From: a virus
IMG/VR virus record: IMGVR_UViG_3300042356_000801
Coordinates: 27,170-91,169 of that record
Length of the DNA: 64,000 nt
Direction: 5' to 3' (one strand)
The first letter of the stretch is position 1; each line of letters opens with the position of its first letter. This document shows positions 20,801 through 29,187 of this stretch, piece after piece. The notes beneath the pieces are model-generated. The model was not told the DNA's origin, searched no databases, and saw only the letters and a program-made list of their open reading frames with translations. Made by a program: the position numbers and the translations under genes.

Positions 20801-23800
20801 AATAGACTGTCTTCTGGCGGTTCGGGCAGGTTCAATATTGCGGAAGCTCGTTCATTTGATGACATGTCAGACAGGGAACAGCTTGCAGTCTTCAACGGAA
20901 TCAAGGACAGACTTTCAGAAAATAACCCAAGCATGGTTAGCGTCCTGGAAGACGGCGGACTCAACATCGATGGATATCTTGCAGATTTCCCTCAACTTCA
21001 CCCAGACTTCTCTTCAGAAGAAAGCGGCGGAGAAAGGTTCTCTTCTGGTGGTTTTGCACCACCAAAGCCAAAAAGAGCAGCAAGAAAAGATGAAGAAGGC
21101 TTAATCGATGGCGCAAGAGTCATGCGAGGAAATACTTTCATCGAAAGCGTTGTTGGTCAGTATGAGAGAAATCGTGGAAAACTAAGTGATGCGCAGTGGG
21201 CCAAATTGGCCGAGATTGTTGGAAGAGGTTCTAAACCAACATCAGCCGGTGCTCCAACCCCAAAAAGGCCAAGCAAGGGTCCAAGACTGGAAAAGTACTC
21301 TGGTAAGCCTCGCAAGATAATAGGCATAGACGAAGTTGTACCATACGATTACCCTGAAGCCGAGTTTAAGCCAAACCCAGAACAGGCTGATGCGATTGAC
21401 GCCATGATGACAGGCTCTGACGTAAAAGTTGGAGCTTTAGCAGCAACAGGTAAAACAACAACAGTAATAAGTTTTGCCAATCGTTTGGCCGCTCAAGACC
21501 CAAGCGCAAGAGTGCTTTATTTAGTTTTCAACAGAGACGCCAAGAGCGATGCTGAAGCTCGCGGAATGGGTGACAATGTTTCCGTTATGACGATGGACGG
21601 TATTGCGTTTAAAGCCATGATAGGGGCTGGTGGTTCTCCAGGTCTTAGGCCTGGTCTAAAAACCAAACTGTATGAAGCCGGAAAAGCGTCCATGGATGAC
21701 TCGGTTAGGTCGTACGTAGGCAAGGCAGCATATCTTGGAATCAAGGGAGCTTTTATACCGCGAGATGGTGATGCACCACTTGAATTAACTCCCACAGATA
21801 TTTACAAAATTGTTGCTAAAGGCGTAAACGCTTACTCAATAAGTTCAGACGAAAAAATAGGACCACAGCATTTTACTGGGAAATTTAATGGACCTTTAGC
21901 AATTCCTGAAGACAGCCCAATAATGCCTAACGTATTAAAATATGCCAACAAGATGTGGGAAGACCTGCAACAGGATAGGGACAACTTAAAAAAGCAAGGA
22001 ATGCTTGGTCTTGAGTCTAACCATCTAACAAAGATGTGGGCACTGACTAAACCAGATGTTGCAAGTTTTGGTGGCACTGATGGCGTAAACGTAATCATGG
22101 TTGACGAAGCTCAGGATATTAACCCTGTGTTTGCAAAAATGATGAAAGATTCTAAGTCTGCACAAAAAATATACATTGGTGACACCAATCAGGCAATCAA
22201 TGCTTGGCGTGGAGCTGATGGCTCAACCTTGGATGCAGTAGAAGCTGAATACGATATGCCGATAACCGAATCGTACAGATTCGGAGCGAAGATAGCAGGC
22301 ATAGGCAACAGGTTCTTGACTTTGCTTGGGGTAAAAGAACGCATGACCGGAAAAAAGACAAGAGCAGGCAAAAACGGCTCTCGTGTTGATGTTCCAGGTG
22401 AAGTTGTTACCGAAATGAGCGTTTTAGACGCAACAATGATTCTTTGTCGCAGCAATGGTGGAGCCATAGCCGCAACCATGGAAGTAATTGAAGAGGGTGG
22501 CGGACAAAAGAAAGTTTACGGAAGCGCAAATTTCAAAAAAGATTTACAAAACTTTATTGACAATATTGAGTGGATGCAGAATGCCGAAAAAGGCGAACCC
22601 TATTGGACAAATTCTCGCGGAGAGAGAATGACAAGTAGGCCAGAATTCAGCGCGGACCTTGAAGGAATAACAACGTACGAAGAATTTAAAAAAGAAGTTG
22701 CTTCTGCGGACAATAACAGACTAAACATGCTCGATGGTTTATTGGAAAAGAATTCAATACCAGGACTACGTAATGCTTTAGACAATATTCTCACAAGAAA
22801 AGAAGACATAGAAAAGCTAGACCCTAACGATTATGTAAAGATACAAACAGCACATACATCAAAAGGCCTTGAATCTGGAAAAGTGAAAATTTGGTCAGAC
22901 TTCAGAAAGCCAAAATTTGACGAAGAACTCGAAGAATGGGTTATGCCAAACGAGCAGGAACTTAGGTTGTCTTATGTTGCTGTAACTAGAGCAGAAGAAG
23001 AAATTGACCTCGGTTCACTCGATTGGGTTTTTAACCACACAACAGATGCAGACGAGAAGCCAAACGCTCGTTCCGCCAGGTTGTCTTCTGGAAGAAGCAT
23101 TGCAAGAAGACAGGGCAAGGGCAAGAACAGTCGTGCTCGTGGACAGCGTCCATGGAGCGATGAAGACCGTCAAAACTTTGCTGATGGCAATAGGCTCCGT
23201 GCTCAAACAATTCCAGGCAAGCGCCGTGAGGGACCTGCAGCAGCAGAATTCTCTTCTGGTGAAAGACTTTCTGCTGGTGGTTCTGGATTCTATCTCGACA
23301 ACCCACCAGACGACGACTCCGATAAGTGGATAGACATGGCAAGCGACGATTACAGGTCTATATCTGATTCATGGAGGGATTTCCCAGAAGAAACAGATGA
23401 ATTCCTTTCCGACTTTTGGAGCTCTCATGAAACATGGGGCCAAAACCCTCCATCGCCATGGGAATTTACTGCAGAAAATCTTTCAGAAATAACAGACATT
23501 TTTGAAAACACGCAAAGACCTTCAGCATACGAGCCATACTATAAGCAATTACGCGACTTAGAAGGCCTTCCAAAAGAAGACATAATTAAAGCGTTAAAAC
23601 AAATACGCGAAGACGATGATGACACGCAAATGTTTGTGGAATTCTTTAACAAAGATGTTTTTGAAGTTGCCGAAGAAAAAGAAGCACCACTTGGTAAGTA
23701 TGTCCTTGAGGCATTGCAAGAATGGAACAACCTCCCCAAATGGCTAGAGAATAGCCAAACGGACGACGGTTACACTCGCCCGTACAGGTTCTATTCTGGA

Positions 23801-26800
23801 GCCCGTTTTGCGCCAGATGGCGAGTCGGGTTCACGAATCCAAAGAAGACTTTCTTCTGGAGAATACTTTGGACCACCTCCAACCGGCAGCGGCAAGTACA
23901 ACAGCAGAGAACAGGTCCGCGCATCGTTGGATGCGTTCCACAGTGACCCGGGTACCGCAGTAATCCCGTCCGACATGCTGGGCATACTTGGTTCTGTTCC
24001 AAAGGGTAAGGAATCTCATATTCTTAATGCAGAAGTTGCAAAAAAGATTATTGCTAATCCAGATATGGAATATTCGTCAAACAACGGCTGGCCCGTTGAC
24101 GCAGGCAGGCTTCTTGACTTTATTGAAGTAAACGAAGAAGATGCCATCAGAACTCTTCGCGAAATTGGAGACGCTCAACGTATTTCTTCAATTCTTGGCA
24201 TACCAGAAAAAGATGCGCAAGACATGCTTGACGGCAAGCCCGTATACATCATGGCGGGAACGGCTGCAGACATGCTTGACGACCTCAAGGAAGGAAAACA
24301 TTACCTAGAGGCTGGCCAGCTTGGTAATGAGGACGTAACAAGAATCTGGGGATTTGATGGTGCTCCAAAGTGGGTTCGCCATAGCGATATCGCTACCCCG
24401 GAATATGACCTTGACGAACAAGGCAGGGTTAACTGGTCTAAAGAAAAATGGGACAGTCTTTCAAGAGAACAATTTGATGCTGAACTAGCAAGAGGCAAAA
24501 ACCCACCAGAGCCTGTTTACGAATCTCCAGTAGAGCGTTTTAACTCGGAAGCAATTTTTGACAACCCTAAGTGGAATGCTCGTAGTGGCTCGTTCAGGAA
24601 CCCAGTAGTGGATTCAGAATTTGCAGTAGCACCACGAGCCGCAAGAAGGTCAGAACAGCTAGAGCCAACGAGAGCACCATCTCAGGCAAGAGTTGGCGAA
24701 AAAACCGTAATGGCTGACAAGGAATTTGCAGCAAAGTGGATTAAGCGTGGACATAGCGTTACTGCTTCAAACATGATGGACATTCTTGGGGTTGAAAGAG
24801 ATTCTAAAAATCCAGAACCTTCAACTGAAGAGCTGAACAGGCTTATTGAAGCAATGAATGAAGTTAGTGCAAAAGTAGGACTGACTCCTTTGTCGGTCAC
24901 AAGGGCACCAACAAAAAGTGACCTTAAAAAATTGGGAATTTCCGACGAGTTTATGCATGCTCTTGTTGCTTCTGGAAAGTTTAAGAACATGAAAGAAGCA
25001 ATGGCAAGTCTTGGTGATTCAAGATTTGATTCATTGGCTGCCGAATATGACTCAAGAATGCTTTCCGATGCCGCTTTGTTGAGAATAAAAGACAAAATGA
25101 ACAAAGAAGGCGTTCCCAATTCAGTAGCTGTTCTGATTGAGGCAATTACTGCTTCTTTTGGCCGCAAGCAAGCATGGGAAAAGCGAATCAAAGAAGGTCG
25201 CGTATCCATCAAGGGTGACATGAAGGAAGACGGAATGATTAGCGATGCTAAACTTTCTGAACTGCTTGGGCGAGTGAACGATGCTCTCGCAAGGTCTGGA
25301 TACCCAGAAATAAGTCAAGACGAACTTTTCCCCAAGGACGAAACTGGCGGATATGTTGACAACCTTAGCTCTGCTGTTCCCGGTGCGCCAAGAATGTCTT
25401 CAGGTCAAAGGTTTGTAGCAAGAACATCTTCAAGCAGAAGAGCTGACGCTATGAACGATGCTGCTGCTCGTAGAGAAGGCAATACTTCTCGACTTTCAAG
25501 CGGAGAAAGCCTTCCATTCAAAGACGAAAACGGGAAGCTTGTTCCAAGCAATATTAGTCAAGCCGCAAAAGATGCAACACCCGCTAATCCTGGATTCGAC
25601 AGGGAGCCGCTGATTCAAAGAAAGACTCCACATAGAAATTTAGAAGATGTTGAAAAAGCGCTCAAGACAAGACAAGCAATTTCCGAACTTTTCACAATGA
25701 ATCGCAAAAACACTCAAGGATTTAGCGTGTACGACTACCAAGACGAACTAGTAAAAGCTGGATTCCCACTGGAAGAAATTGAAGAAATGATTGATTCGTT
25801 TGTTCGACTAGATTCCTACATTGATGATGTAGAAAGACATTTCGAAATAGCAAGAGAAAAACTGGATGAAACACTTGAAGAGATAGAAGACAATCTTTCC
25901 AAGATTGAAAGACTCAAGGGAGAAAGAGCAGACGCAATCAAGAAGTGGGGGAACACCGAGGACAACTACTGGGTGCAAGCAATAGATGACAAAATTGCTG
26001 CTGCAATGATTAAAATCGATAAGGCATACCAAGGCGGAATCGGTGGAGAAGACGGCCGACTCGGAACACTTCATCCACAGCTTGAAGAAATGATGAGCGC
26101 GATGCCGGGCTGGACCGAAGGTCCATACGGAATGGGTGACGACATAAATCGACGACTTCTTAAAGTTGAAGCTTCTATCAGCAAGGCTGGCGGAAAAAAG
26201 AAGGCTGTTCCAGTAACTGGAATTGACTTTGGAGTACCAGAAGGCACAAGACTTTCTTCAGGAAAAGCAGAAGAGTACTACCAAAACCTCACAAGCCATC
26301 TCATCAACATGATTGAAAAGTCACAAAAAGATGGTGGCAAGTGGGAAGCACCGTGGCACAAGGCCGGCAATATGCCGAGAAACGCTTCTACAAAGAATAT
26401 GTACTCAGGCGGAAACCTCTTTGCTCTCATGCTTGCAGCAGAAGAAAAGGGCTACGCAACTCCTCATTGGGGCGGATTCCAGCAATGGAAGAAGCTCGGC
26501 GGAAGCGTAAAGAAGGGTGAAAAAGCCACTGCGATTCTTATGCCTAAAACGATGTTTGGAGATGAAATTGACCCAGATACAGGCAAGAAGGTTCGCAAGT
26601 CTAAGGGTATCTATTTCACAACCGCACACGTGTTCAACCTCGACCAGGTTGAGGGTATTGACCGCGAAGAATTCTTGAAGCTTCCAACCGATGCTCTTAC
26701 TCCAGAGCAAAGAGTCGGAAAACTTGAGGACGCAATCAAGGAAATTGGTGCAACAATCAACACGGGAGACGGAAGCAGGGCTTACTACTCTCCTCGTGAA

Positions 26801-27406
26801 GACCATGTTGTTATGCCTCCATTTGAACTCTTCAAGACACCAGAGGGCTATTATGGAACTCTTGCTCACGAGCTTGTCCACTGGACCGGCCATTCGTCAA
26901 GGCTTGACAGAAAAAACATGAACCAGTTTGGCTCACCAGAGTATGCAAGAGAAGAACTCATTGCAGAATTTGGTTCAGCATTCTTGCTTGCAATGTTCGG
27001 GCTTTCTGCGGAACCAAGAGAAGACCACGCCCACTACTTGGCCAACTGGCTTCAGGTTCTTCGTGATGAGCCAAACGCCTTGCAAGAGGCTTCTACAAAG
27101 GCTCAAGAAGCATCAAAGATGCTCATCACAAAGATGAAGATAGTCCTGGAAGAAATGGGCGAAATAGCATCGGATGCAGAGTCGGCAGCTGAAGAAGCAG
27201 TCGATGTAAAGAGTTTGCAAGTTTTCAATGACCCACTATACGAATTCAAAGATGCGTCTATCGAGTGGAGTAAAGACCCACTTCATGCACCGTTCTTGAT
27301 TAAGTCTCTGGATGATGAAAAGCATTCATCGGGTCTTGTTAATAGAAGTTGGGAAAGAATTGCAGAAACAGCAATTTTCCTTGAACGTCTGAGCAGAAAT
27401 AAATAA
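14888..27406 (+). CDS. Giant polyvalent head protein 1 (~4,170 aa): prohead protease plus RLSSG-delimited cargo modules
   Basis: Single open frame; AGGAG SD before ATG 14888 (track start 14798 is a TTG); domains listed below. Confidence 0.85.
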   Translation: MPSSKKNSDIQYKAAPQGMVNLDEAEGIVECFVAGIGNKDSVGDVCAPGAFGKSLIRRKPRVVWGHNWNDPIGKVLDMYEVQPSDPRLPNKMKAAGIGGLYARVQFNLKSEKGREAFANVAFFGEEQEWSIGYKTINAKFDPQMQANILYEVELYEVSPVLHGANQLTGTISIKSEDQSSTVLVNEQPSIDGLNINELSSVLDALKTIASTTDEKCGPGMPMGMPAQMPMVMPSGGPGMPSVSKPTQPTAPRESVKPEVPSMPENPMLVAIRRELVDRTGSNIIVRSVIENIVVFDRITTDGISSTYKLPFNYANNEFMFGKPEKINTQPTPESSIPTMPGMPQQFGGFDTGKSLISFDDFSWVGFNQQIPAQQVDISTLNNVISNLEKIIEEKSTYIIPVDINNAFEVKQAIDPILDYYRVDATVTEDGIVVKSLDNEFLDAMDIATKGVLRSIGNMVGRAVDRPNIGKNRRDRNPNLASRGRGIGSRGAVVRLADGTMWDPKTAPDRNNNGIVGEGLTDGRGMSLSQPDPTPSGPNSIDAPKTPKAPKAPKKATRLSSGGDDSSRARDLAKQREMDKARGASATNPVGKEAVEQAKKLERERAAARQSETRLSSGRVIMSDGQMEISFDEEDGDGIYDATRDGFRIIRNERGSGGGRRFPESTATYGGSGLSEAEKKEILDVVKDSSNPLVQKILKGSFPSSLSDKQWAVLKREFEKNKKKTPSGYISNVRSGGTVAPGAKLDGGIAYLEPDHANDKDYENLRDAIQTAMRSNQMLRFDYSGKNREVIPVKIEKNNKTGKWNLTAQDDTGARKLFSLDKITPSSAERLSSGEWTKTDDGIEMDAPDIDGGYLIQGNSKDGFVVTRFADARRNGGQNANEYEHDKVFTSSSAAKKWAERNYKLISEEIGKEDVEIRKADAERSADFADMTPEDAADYAAWMDEETWRDRDPRFSSGEGYWVDAAEKEAGNDPKKLADFLIEQGILEEDHPRVKKLRNRLTADDEFEKTFSMLAEMDAEAEAESRAERRSTQFTAVENPFGRLSSGQRTWIDAAEDEAGDDPRELADFLLARGVIDEEDHPIIKGLRDGRTADDELEKAYEMLAEMDAEDQAEHAAQFKNAASEVSSLTKPTMPDLDGMDEDEAGDALQQANDEILSFADGTENIAREYLGDAEYNKRFGGAVPLIEEMSKNHDGGNYEREIALENALERANGFNLSVAGEMELESNRFSSGIDFDKKGASGLREMRHVERNPLRMDSSAEKAERDAYEKDVAAFIKNNGWFVEVPMYNGDPKWQSEDWYRAREFATNVAKLRFEDNYQNETNQFMQFFDKPGKPSKKDFFAKKGTVDYKSWYMAHTPLLTSEIDSVLNSDLYSDNYKESYMNAIRSFLYVNRPEFGPYGGDDPAYQAWLQQSGLGYGGRYSTSGPKFDEMGRFSSGAKRGSRKDNYINSYENPEDLKEAIFSELIFAGDYEGMTAEDLAYALNVRAESVEPILEQVKKDVGDAREDYDRYLESQPEMTDEDLQAMADDYARAQTVTDKFNNMTPEEAADYAAWMDEETWRDRDPRFSSGRELTDEEKQELGAQFARAQDRRKAELEERGAQFARAQDRRKAKEDRITKFYREMAEQNAMLSEMTPSELADYAEQWNESHAEDSRLSSGGINYYDWMVENGVPRSALDGERFRGRDAYGHSFHDYYAEDAFANIDEAVVEALLSDRTQRTSIQDLAKEAREHGLQLATNRSMQEEFSWAEAVNPKPESLRAEDLVRRPDDLGSNARRVAEAVANNSNGARSAASREDILHFTYDGKQRSVYPESFGTSKKGIAFFRAWDETADDGNGAYRSFNIDKIEGLVSHAIPPYVEIGTMTPEPKWSIADFSIEDWAKINDRFYFRSSEVGRAAFDIETAIQWELEGTGTRAPGSIIDTAERELKRLKQIAFDKHITEMVEKGATSSKFSLDIENAKRYGVKPLNRGNRLSSGGSGRFNIAEARSFDDMSDREQLAVFNGIKDRLSENNPSMVSVLEDGGLNIDGYLADFPQLHPDFSSEESGGERFSSGGFAPPKPKRAARKDEEGLIDGARVMRGNTFIESVVGQYERNRGKLSDAQWAKLAEIVGRGSKPTSAGAPTPKRPSKGPRLEKYSGKPRKIIGIDEVVPYDYPEAEFKPNPEQADAIDAMMTGSDVKVGALAATGKTTTVISFANRLAAQDPSARVLYLVFNRDAKSDAEARGMGDNVSVMTMDGIAFKAMIGAGGSPGLRPGLKTKLYEAGKASMDDSVRSYVGKAAYLGIKGAFIPRDGDAPLELTPTDIYKIVAKGVNAYSISSDEKIGPQHFTGKFNGPLAIPEDSPIMPNVLKYANKMWEDLQQDRDNLKKQGMLGLESNHLTKMWALTKPDVASFGGTDGVNVIMVDEAQDINPVFAKMMKDSKSAQKIYIGDTNQAINAWRGADGSTLDAVEAEYDMPITESYRFGAKIAGIGNRFLTLLGVKERMTGKKTRAGKNGSRVDVPGEVVTEMSVLDATMILCRSNGGAIAATMEVIEEGGGQKKVYGSANFKKDLQNFIDNIEWMQNAEKGEPYWTNSRGERMTSRPEFSADLEGITTYEEFKKEVASADNNRLNMLDGLLEKNSIPGLRNALDNILTRKEDIEKLDPNDYVKIQTAHTSKGLESGKVKIWSDFRKPKFDEELEEWVMPNEQELRLSYVAVTRAEEEIDLGSLDWVFNHTTDADEKPNARSARLSSGRSIARRQGKGKNSRARGQRPWSDEDRQNFADGNRLRAQTIPGKRREGPAAAEFSSGERLSAGGSGFYLDNPPDDDSDKWIDMASDDYRSISDSWRDFPEETDEFLSDFWSSHETWGQNPPSPWEFTAENLSEITDIFENTQRPSAYEPYYKQLRDLEGLPKEDIIKALKQIREDDDDTQMFVEFFNKDVFEVAEEKEAPLGKYVLEALQEWNNLPKWLENSQTDDGYTRPYRFYSGARFAPDGESGSRIQRRLSSGEYFGPPPTGSGKYNSREQVRASLDAFHSDPGTAVIPSDMLGILGSVPKGKESHILNAEVAKKIIANPDMEYSSNNGWPVDAGRLLDFIEVNEEDAIRTLREIGDAQRISSILGIPEKDAQDMLDGKPVYIMAGTAADMLDDLKEGKHYLEAGQLGNEDVTRIWGFDGAPKWVRHSDIATPEYDLDEQGRVNWSKEKWDSLSREQFDAELARGKNPPEPVYESPVERFNSEAIFDNPKWNARSGSFRNPVVDSEFAVAPRAARRSEQLEPTRAPSQARVGEKTVMADKEFAAKWIKRGHSVTASNMMDILGVERDSKNPEPSTEELNRLIEAMNEVSAKVGLTPLSVTRAPTKSDLKKLGISDEFMHALVASGKFKNMKEAMASLGDSRFDSLAAEYDSRMLSDAALLRIKDKMNKEGVPNSVAVLIEAITASFGRKQAWEKRIKEGRVSIKGDMKEDGMISDAKLSELLGRVNDALARSGYPEISQDELFPKDETGGYVDNLSSAVPGAPRMSSGQRFVARTSSSRRADAMNDAAARREGNTSRLSSGESLPFKDENGKLVPSNISQAAKDATPANPGFDREPLIQRKTPHRNLEDVEKALKTRQAISELFTMNRKNTQGFSVYDYQDELVKAGFPLEEIEEMIDSFVRLDSYIDDVERHFEIAREKLDETLEEIEDNLSKIERLKGERADAIKKWGNTEDNYWVQAIDDKIAAAMIKIDKAYQGGIGGEDGRLGTLHPQLEEMMSAMPGWTEGPYGMGDDINRRLLKVEASISKAGGKKKAVPVTGIDFGVPEGTRLSSGKAEEYYQNLTSHLINMIEKSQKDGGKWEAPWHKAGNMPRNASTKNMYSGGNLFALMLAAEEKGYATPHWGGFQQWKKLGGSVKKGEKATAILMPKTMFGDEIDPDTGKKVRKSKGIYFTTAHVFNLDQVEGIDREEFLKLPTDALTPEQRVGKLEDAIKEIGATINTGDGSRAYYSPREDHVVMPPFELFKTPEGYYGTLAHELVHWTGHSSRLDRKNMNQFGSPEYAREELIAEFGSAFLLAMFGLSAEPREDHAHYLANWLQVLRDEPNALQEASTKAQEASKMLITKMKIVLEEMGEIASDAESAAEEAVDVKSLQVFNDPLYEFKDASIEWSKDPLHAPFLIKSLDDEKHSSGLVNRSWERIAETAIFLERLSRNK
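14945..15415 (+). other. Domain: HK97-type prohead (capsid maturation) protease
   Basis: GNKDSVGDV..PGAF, WGHNWNDPIGK (His), EWSIGY (Ser), LYEVSPVLHGAN. Confidence 0.9.
17160..17360 (+). other. Domain: WYL-like #1
   Basis: AM..NQMLRFDYSGKNREVIPVKI...WNLTAQD..GARKLFSLDKI. Confidence 0.7.
17675..17758 (+). repeat. 84-bp direct repeat, copy 1 (MTPEDAADYAAWMDEETWRDRDPRFSSG)
   Basis: Matches 19514-19597 with 5 differences by eye. Confidence 0.9.
19514..19597 (+). repeat. 84-bp direct repeat, copy 2
   Basis: Matches 17675-17758. Confidence 0.9.
19631..19722 (+). repeat. Tandem duplication, 54-bp period (GAQFARAQDRRKA x2)
   Basis: GGGGCTCAATTTGCCAGAGCCCAAGA at 19631 and 19685. Confidence 0.85.
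20270..20435 (+). other. Domain: WYL-like #2
   Basis: ILHFTYDGKQRSVYPESF...FFRAWDE...AYRSFNIDKIEG. Confidence 0.7.
21365..23040 (+). other. Domain: UvrD/Rep-like SF1 helicase
   Basis: PEQ..AI, ALAATGKTT, LVFNR, MVDEAQD, IGDTNQAINAWRGA, ESYRFG, ILCRSN, TAHTSKGLE, LSYVAVTRA. Confidence 0.92.
26264..27150 (+). other. ardC: Domain: ArdC-like antirestriction module (ssDNA-binding N-domain plus zincin)
   Basis: W..PW, PRN..T...YSG.N, WGGFQQWKKLGGSVKKGEKA, VFNLDQVEG, AYYSP..D.V.MP, TLAHELVHWTGH..RLDR, YAREELIAE, HAHYL.NWL..L. Confidence 0.92.
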
Positions 27407-27493
27407 CATTCAACACACATACACCGCAATACTTACTCAAATGATACGTTTAGAGTATAATTTACGGTACTTACGAATTAGGAGTCATCTAAT

Positions 27494-29170
27494 ATGAACG
27501 ACGAAATGAACAACAGCCTTAGTGTCAGCACTGAGGGCGAAGTTCTGAAGTGCGCAAAAGGCGTAGATGCTTCAGCATGCGGGTTTACCCCTGGCGCAAA
27601 AGTGTGCGGCAAGTGCGGAGCCTTGCCGGTTCAGATGAAGATGGTCCCCGTGGATGAGGCCGAGGACGAAGAAGAGGAAATGGAAGACGAAGACAGAGCA
27701 ATGCCTGCGCCTCGTCCTGCACGCCCTGCTGGCCCAATGGCTATGGAAGATGCCAACATGGAACCGGAACAACTTGAGGTCCCAGAAGAAGACGAAGAAG
27801 AAGAATTGACCGATGAAGAAAAAGGCCTCCTTCGAATGCTTCTAAAAAAGCGCAAAGGTCGCAAGTTCAAGGGAATGAACATGGAAGATGACTACGAAGA
27901 GGAAGAGGATATGACCGACGAAGAAGAGATGACTGACGAAGAGAAGGCTTTTCTCTCGCAGGTAAACAAGAAGCGTAAGGCTCGCGGTCTCGCCGCCACC
28001 ACAAACGGCTTCAAGGGCATGAACGGCACACACATGACGCCTGACGGAACCGAGATGGAAGACATGCCCGATGAAGAAGAGGACTTGACTGATGAAGAAA
28101 AAGAACTCTTGGCAACCCTAAACAAGAAGCGTAAGGCTCGTGGTCTTGCTTCAACTTCAAACGGGTTCAAAGGCAAAGGCATGGACGAGGACGAAGTGTC
28201 TGAAGAAATGCCCGACGACGAAGAAGTAGAAAAGCAGATGATGCTTGAAAGAATGCGCAAAAAGCGTATCAAGTCTATGGGTATGAAGTCTGAAGCCTTT
28301 GGTGCCAACGGCTACCTGTGTGCAATTGAAAGAAAAGCTTATCCAGGCGGTTCGTCTGTTTGTGATGATTGCCCAGGCGGATGTATTGCTGAAAAGGGTC
28401 TTCCTGGCTTGCTTCATGTTGAAGGCATTGCCGAGCAAATGTTTGACGGAAAAGTTCTTGATTCTGGCTACTCAGCAAAAGCTGACATGTACGTCATTGA
28501 TGTGCAGACAAAGAGTGGCTCTGTGAATGAAGTTTTTATTGATGGAACAACTGCTGAAGTGCAAGGCTTCCACAAGCTTGACAACTCAGTGTTTGAACAG
28601 AAGTCAGCACAGGGTGGACTTGAGATGATTCAGTTCCACGAAGCAGCAGACATTGCGGTCAAGTCAATTGATGGCCATGTAATAGGTGTAGAGCCAGACT
28701 CTTTTGAGGGAATTGATTCATACGCAGTTGAAATTGACGGCTTTGACGGAAAGTCATACGACGTTTTTGTTTCTCTTGACGGAGAAGTCCTTGGTTACGA
28801 TAAGTACGAGATGGACGAGGCAGAAGAGATTGAAGCAGAGGCTGCAGAGATTGCACTTAAACGCGCATTTACTGACGACCAACGCAACTCGATGTCTAAA
28901 GAAGGAACTGCAATGTCAGATGGTTCTTTCCCAATTAAGAGCGAATCAGATTTGCGTAACGCAATTCAGGCTCACGGTCGCGCAAAGGATAAAGAAGCCG
29001 CAAAGCGTCACATCATGAAGCGTGCTAAGGACATGGGCAAAGAAAGTCTTATTCCTTCCAACTGGGTCATGGGTGGCGGAACTGAAAAAAAGAGTGACAC
29101 CGTAGACGCAGGTCTTATGGCTTCTTTGATTGAGTTTGAACTTCTTCAAGCCGAAACAGAAACAAACTAG
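27494..29170 (+). CDS. Acidic head-associated protein (scaffold/internal-protein candidate)
   Basis: AGGAG SD; Cys clusters; three (L/M)TDEEK...KKRK.R...FKG repeats; PepSY-like segments; C-terminal AMSDGSFPI....DLRNAIQAHGRA motif. Confidence 0.65.
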   Translation: MNDEMNNSLSVSTEGEVLKCAKGVDASACGFTPGAKVCGKCGALPVQMKMVPVDEAEDEEEEMEDEDRAMPAPRPARPAGPMAMEDANMEPEQLEVPEEDEEEELTDEEKGLLRMLLKKRKGRKFKGMNMEDDYEEEEDMTDEEEMTDEEKAFLSQVNKKRKARGLAATTNGFKGMNGTHMTPDGTEMEDMPDEEEDLTDEEKELLATLNKKRKARGLASTSNGFKGKGMDEDEVSEEMPDDEEVEKQMMLERMRKKRIKSMGMKSEAFGANGYLCAIERKAYPGGSSVCDDCPGGCIAEKGLPGLLHVEGIAEQMFDGKVLDSGYSAKADMYVIDVQTKSGSVNEVFIDGTTAEVQGFHKLDNSVFEQKSAQGGLEMIQFHEAADIAVKSIDGHVIGVEPDSFEGIDSYAVEIDGFDGKSYDVFVSLDGEVLGYDKYEMDEAEEIEAEAAEIALKRAFTDDQRNSMSKEGTAMSDGSFPIKSESDLRNAIQAHGRAKDKEAAKRHIMKRAKDMGKESLIPSNWVMGGGTEKKSDTVDAGLMASLIEFELLQAETETN

Positions 29171-29187
29171 AGCAAGGACGACCCGAC

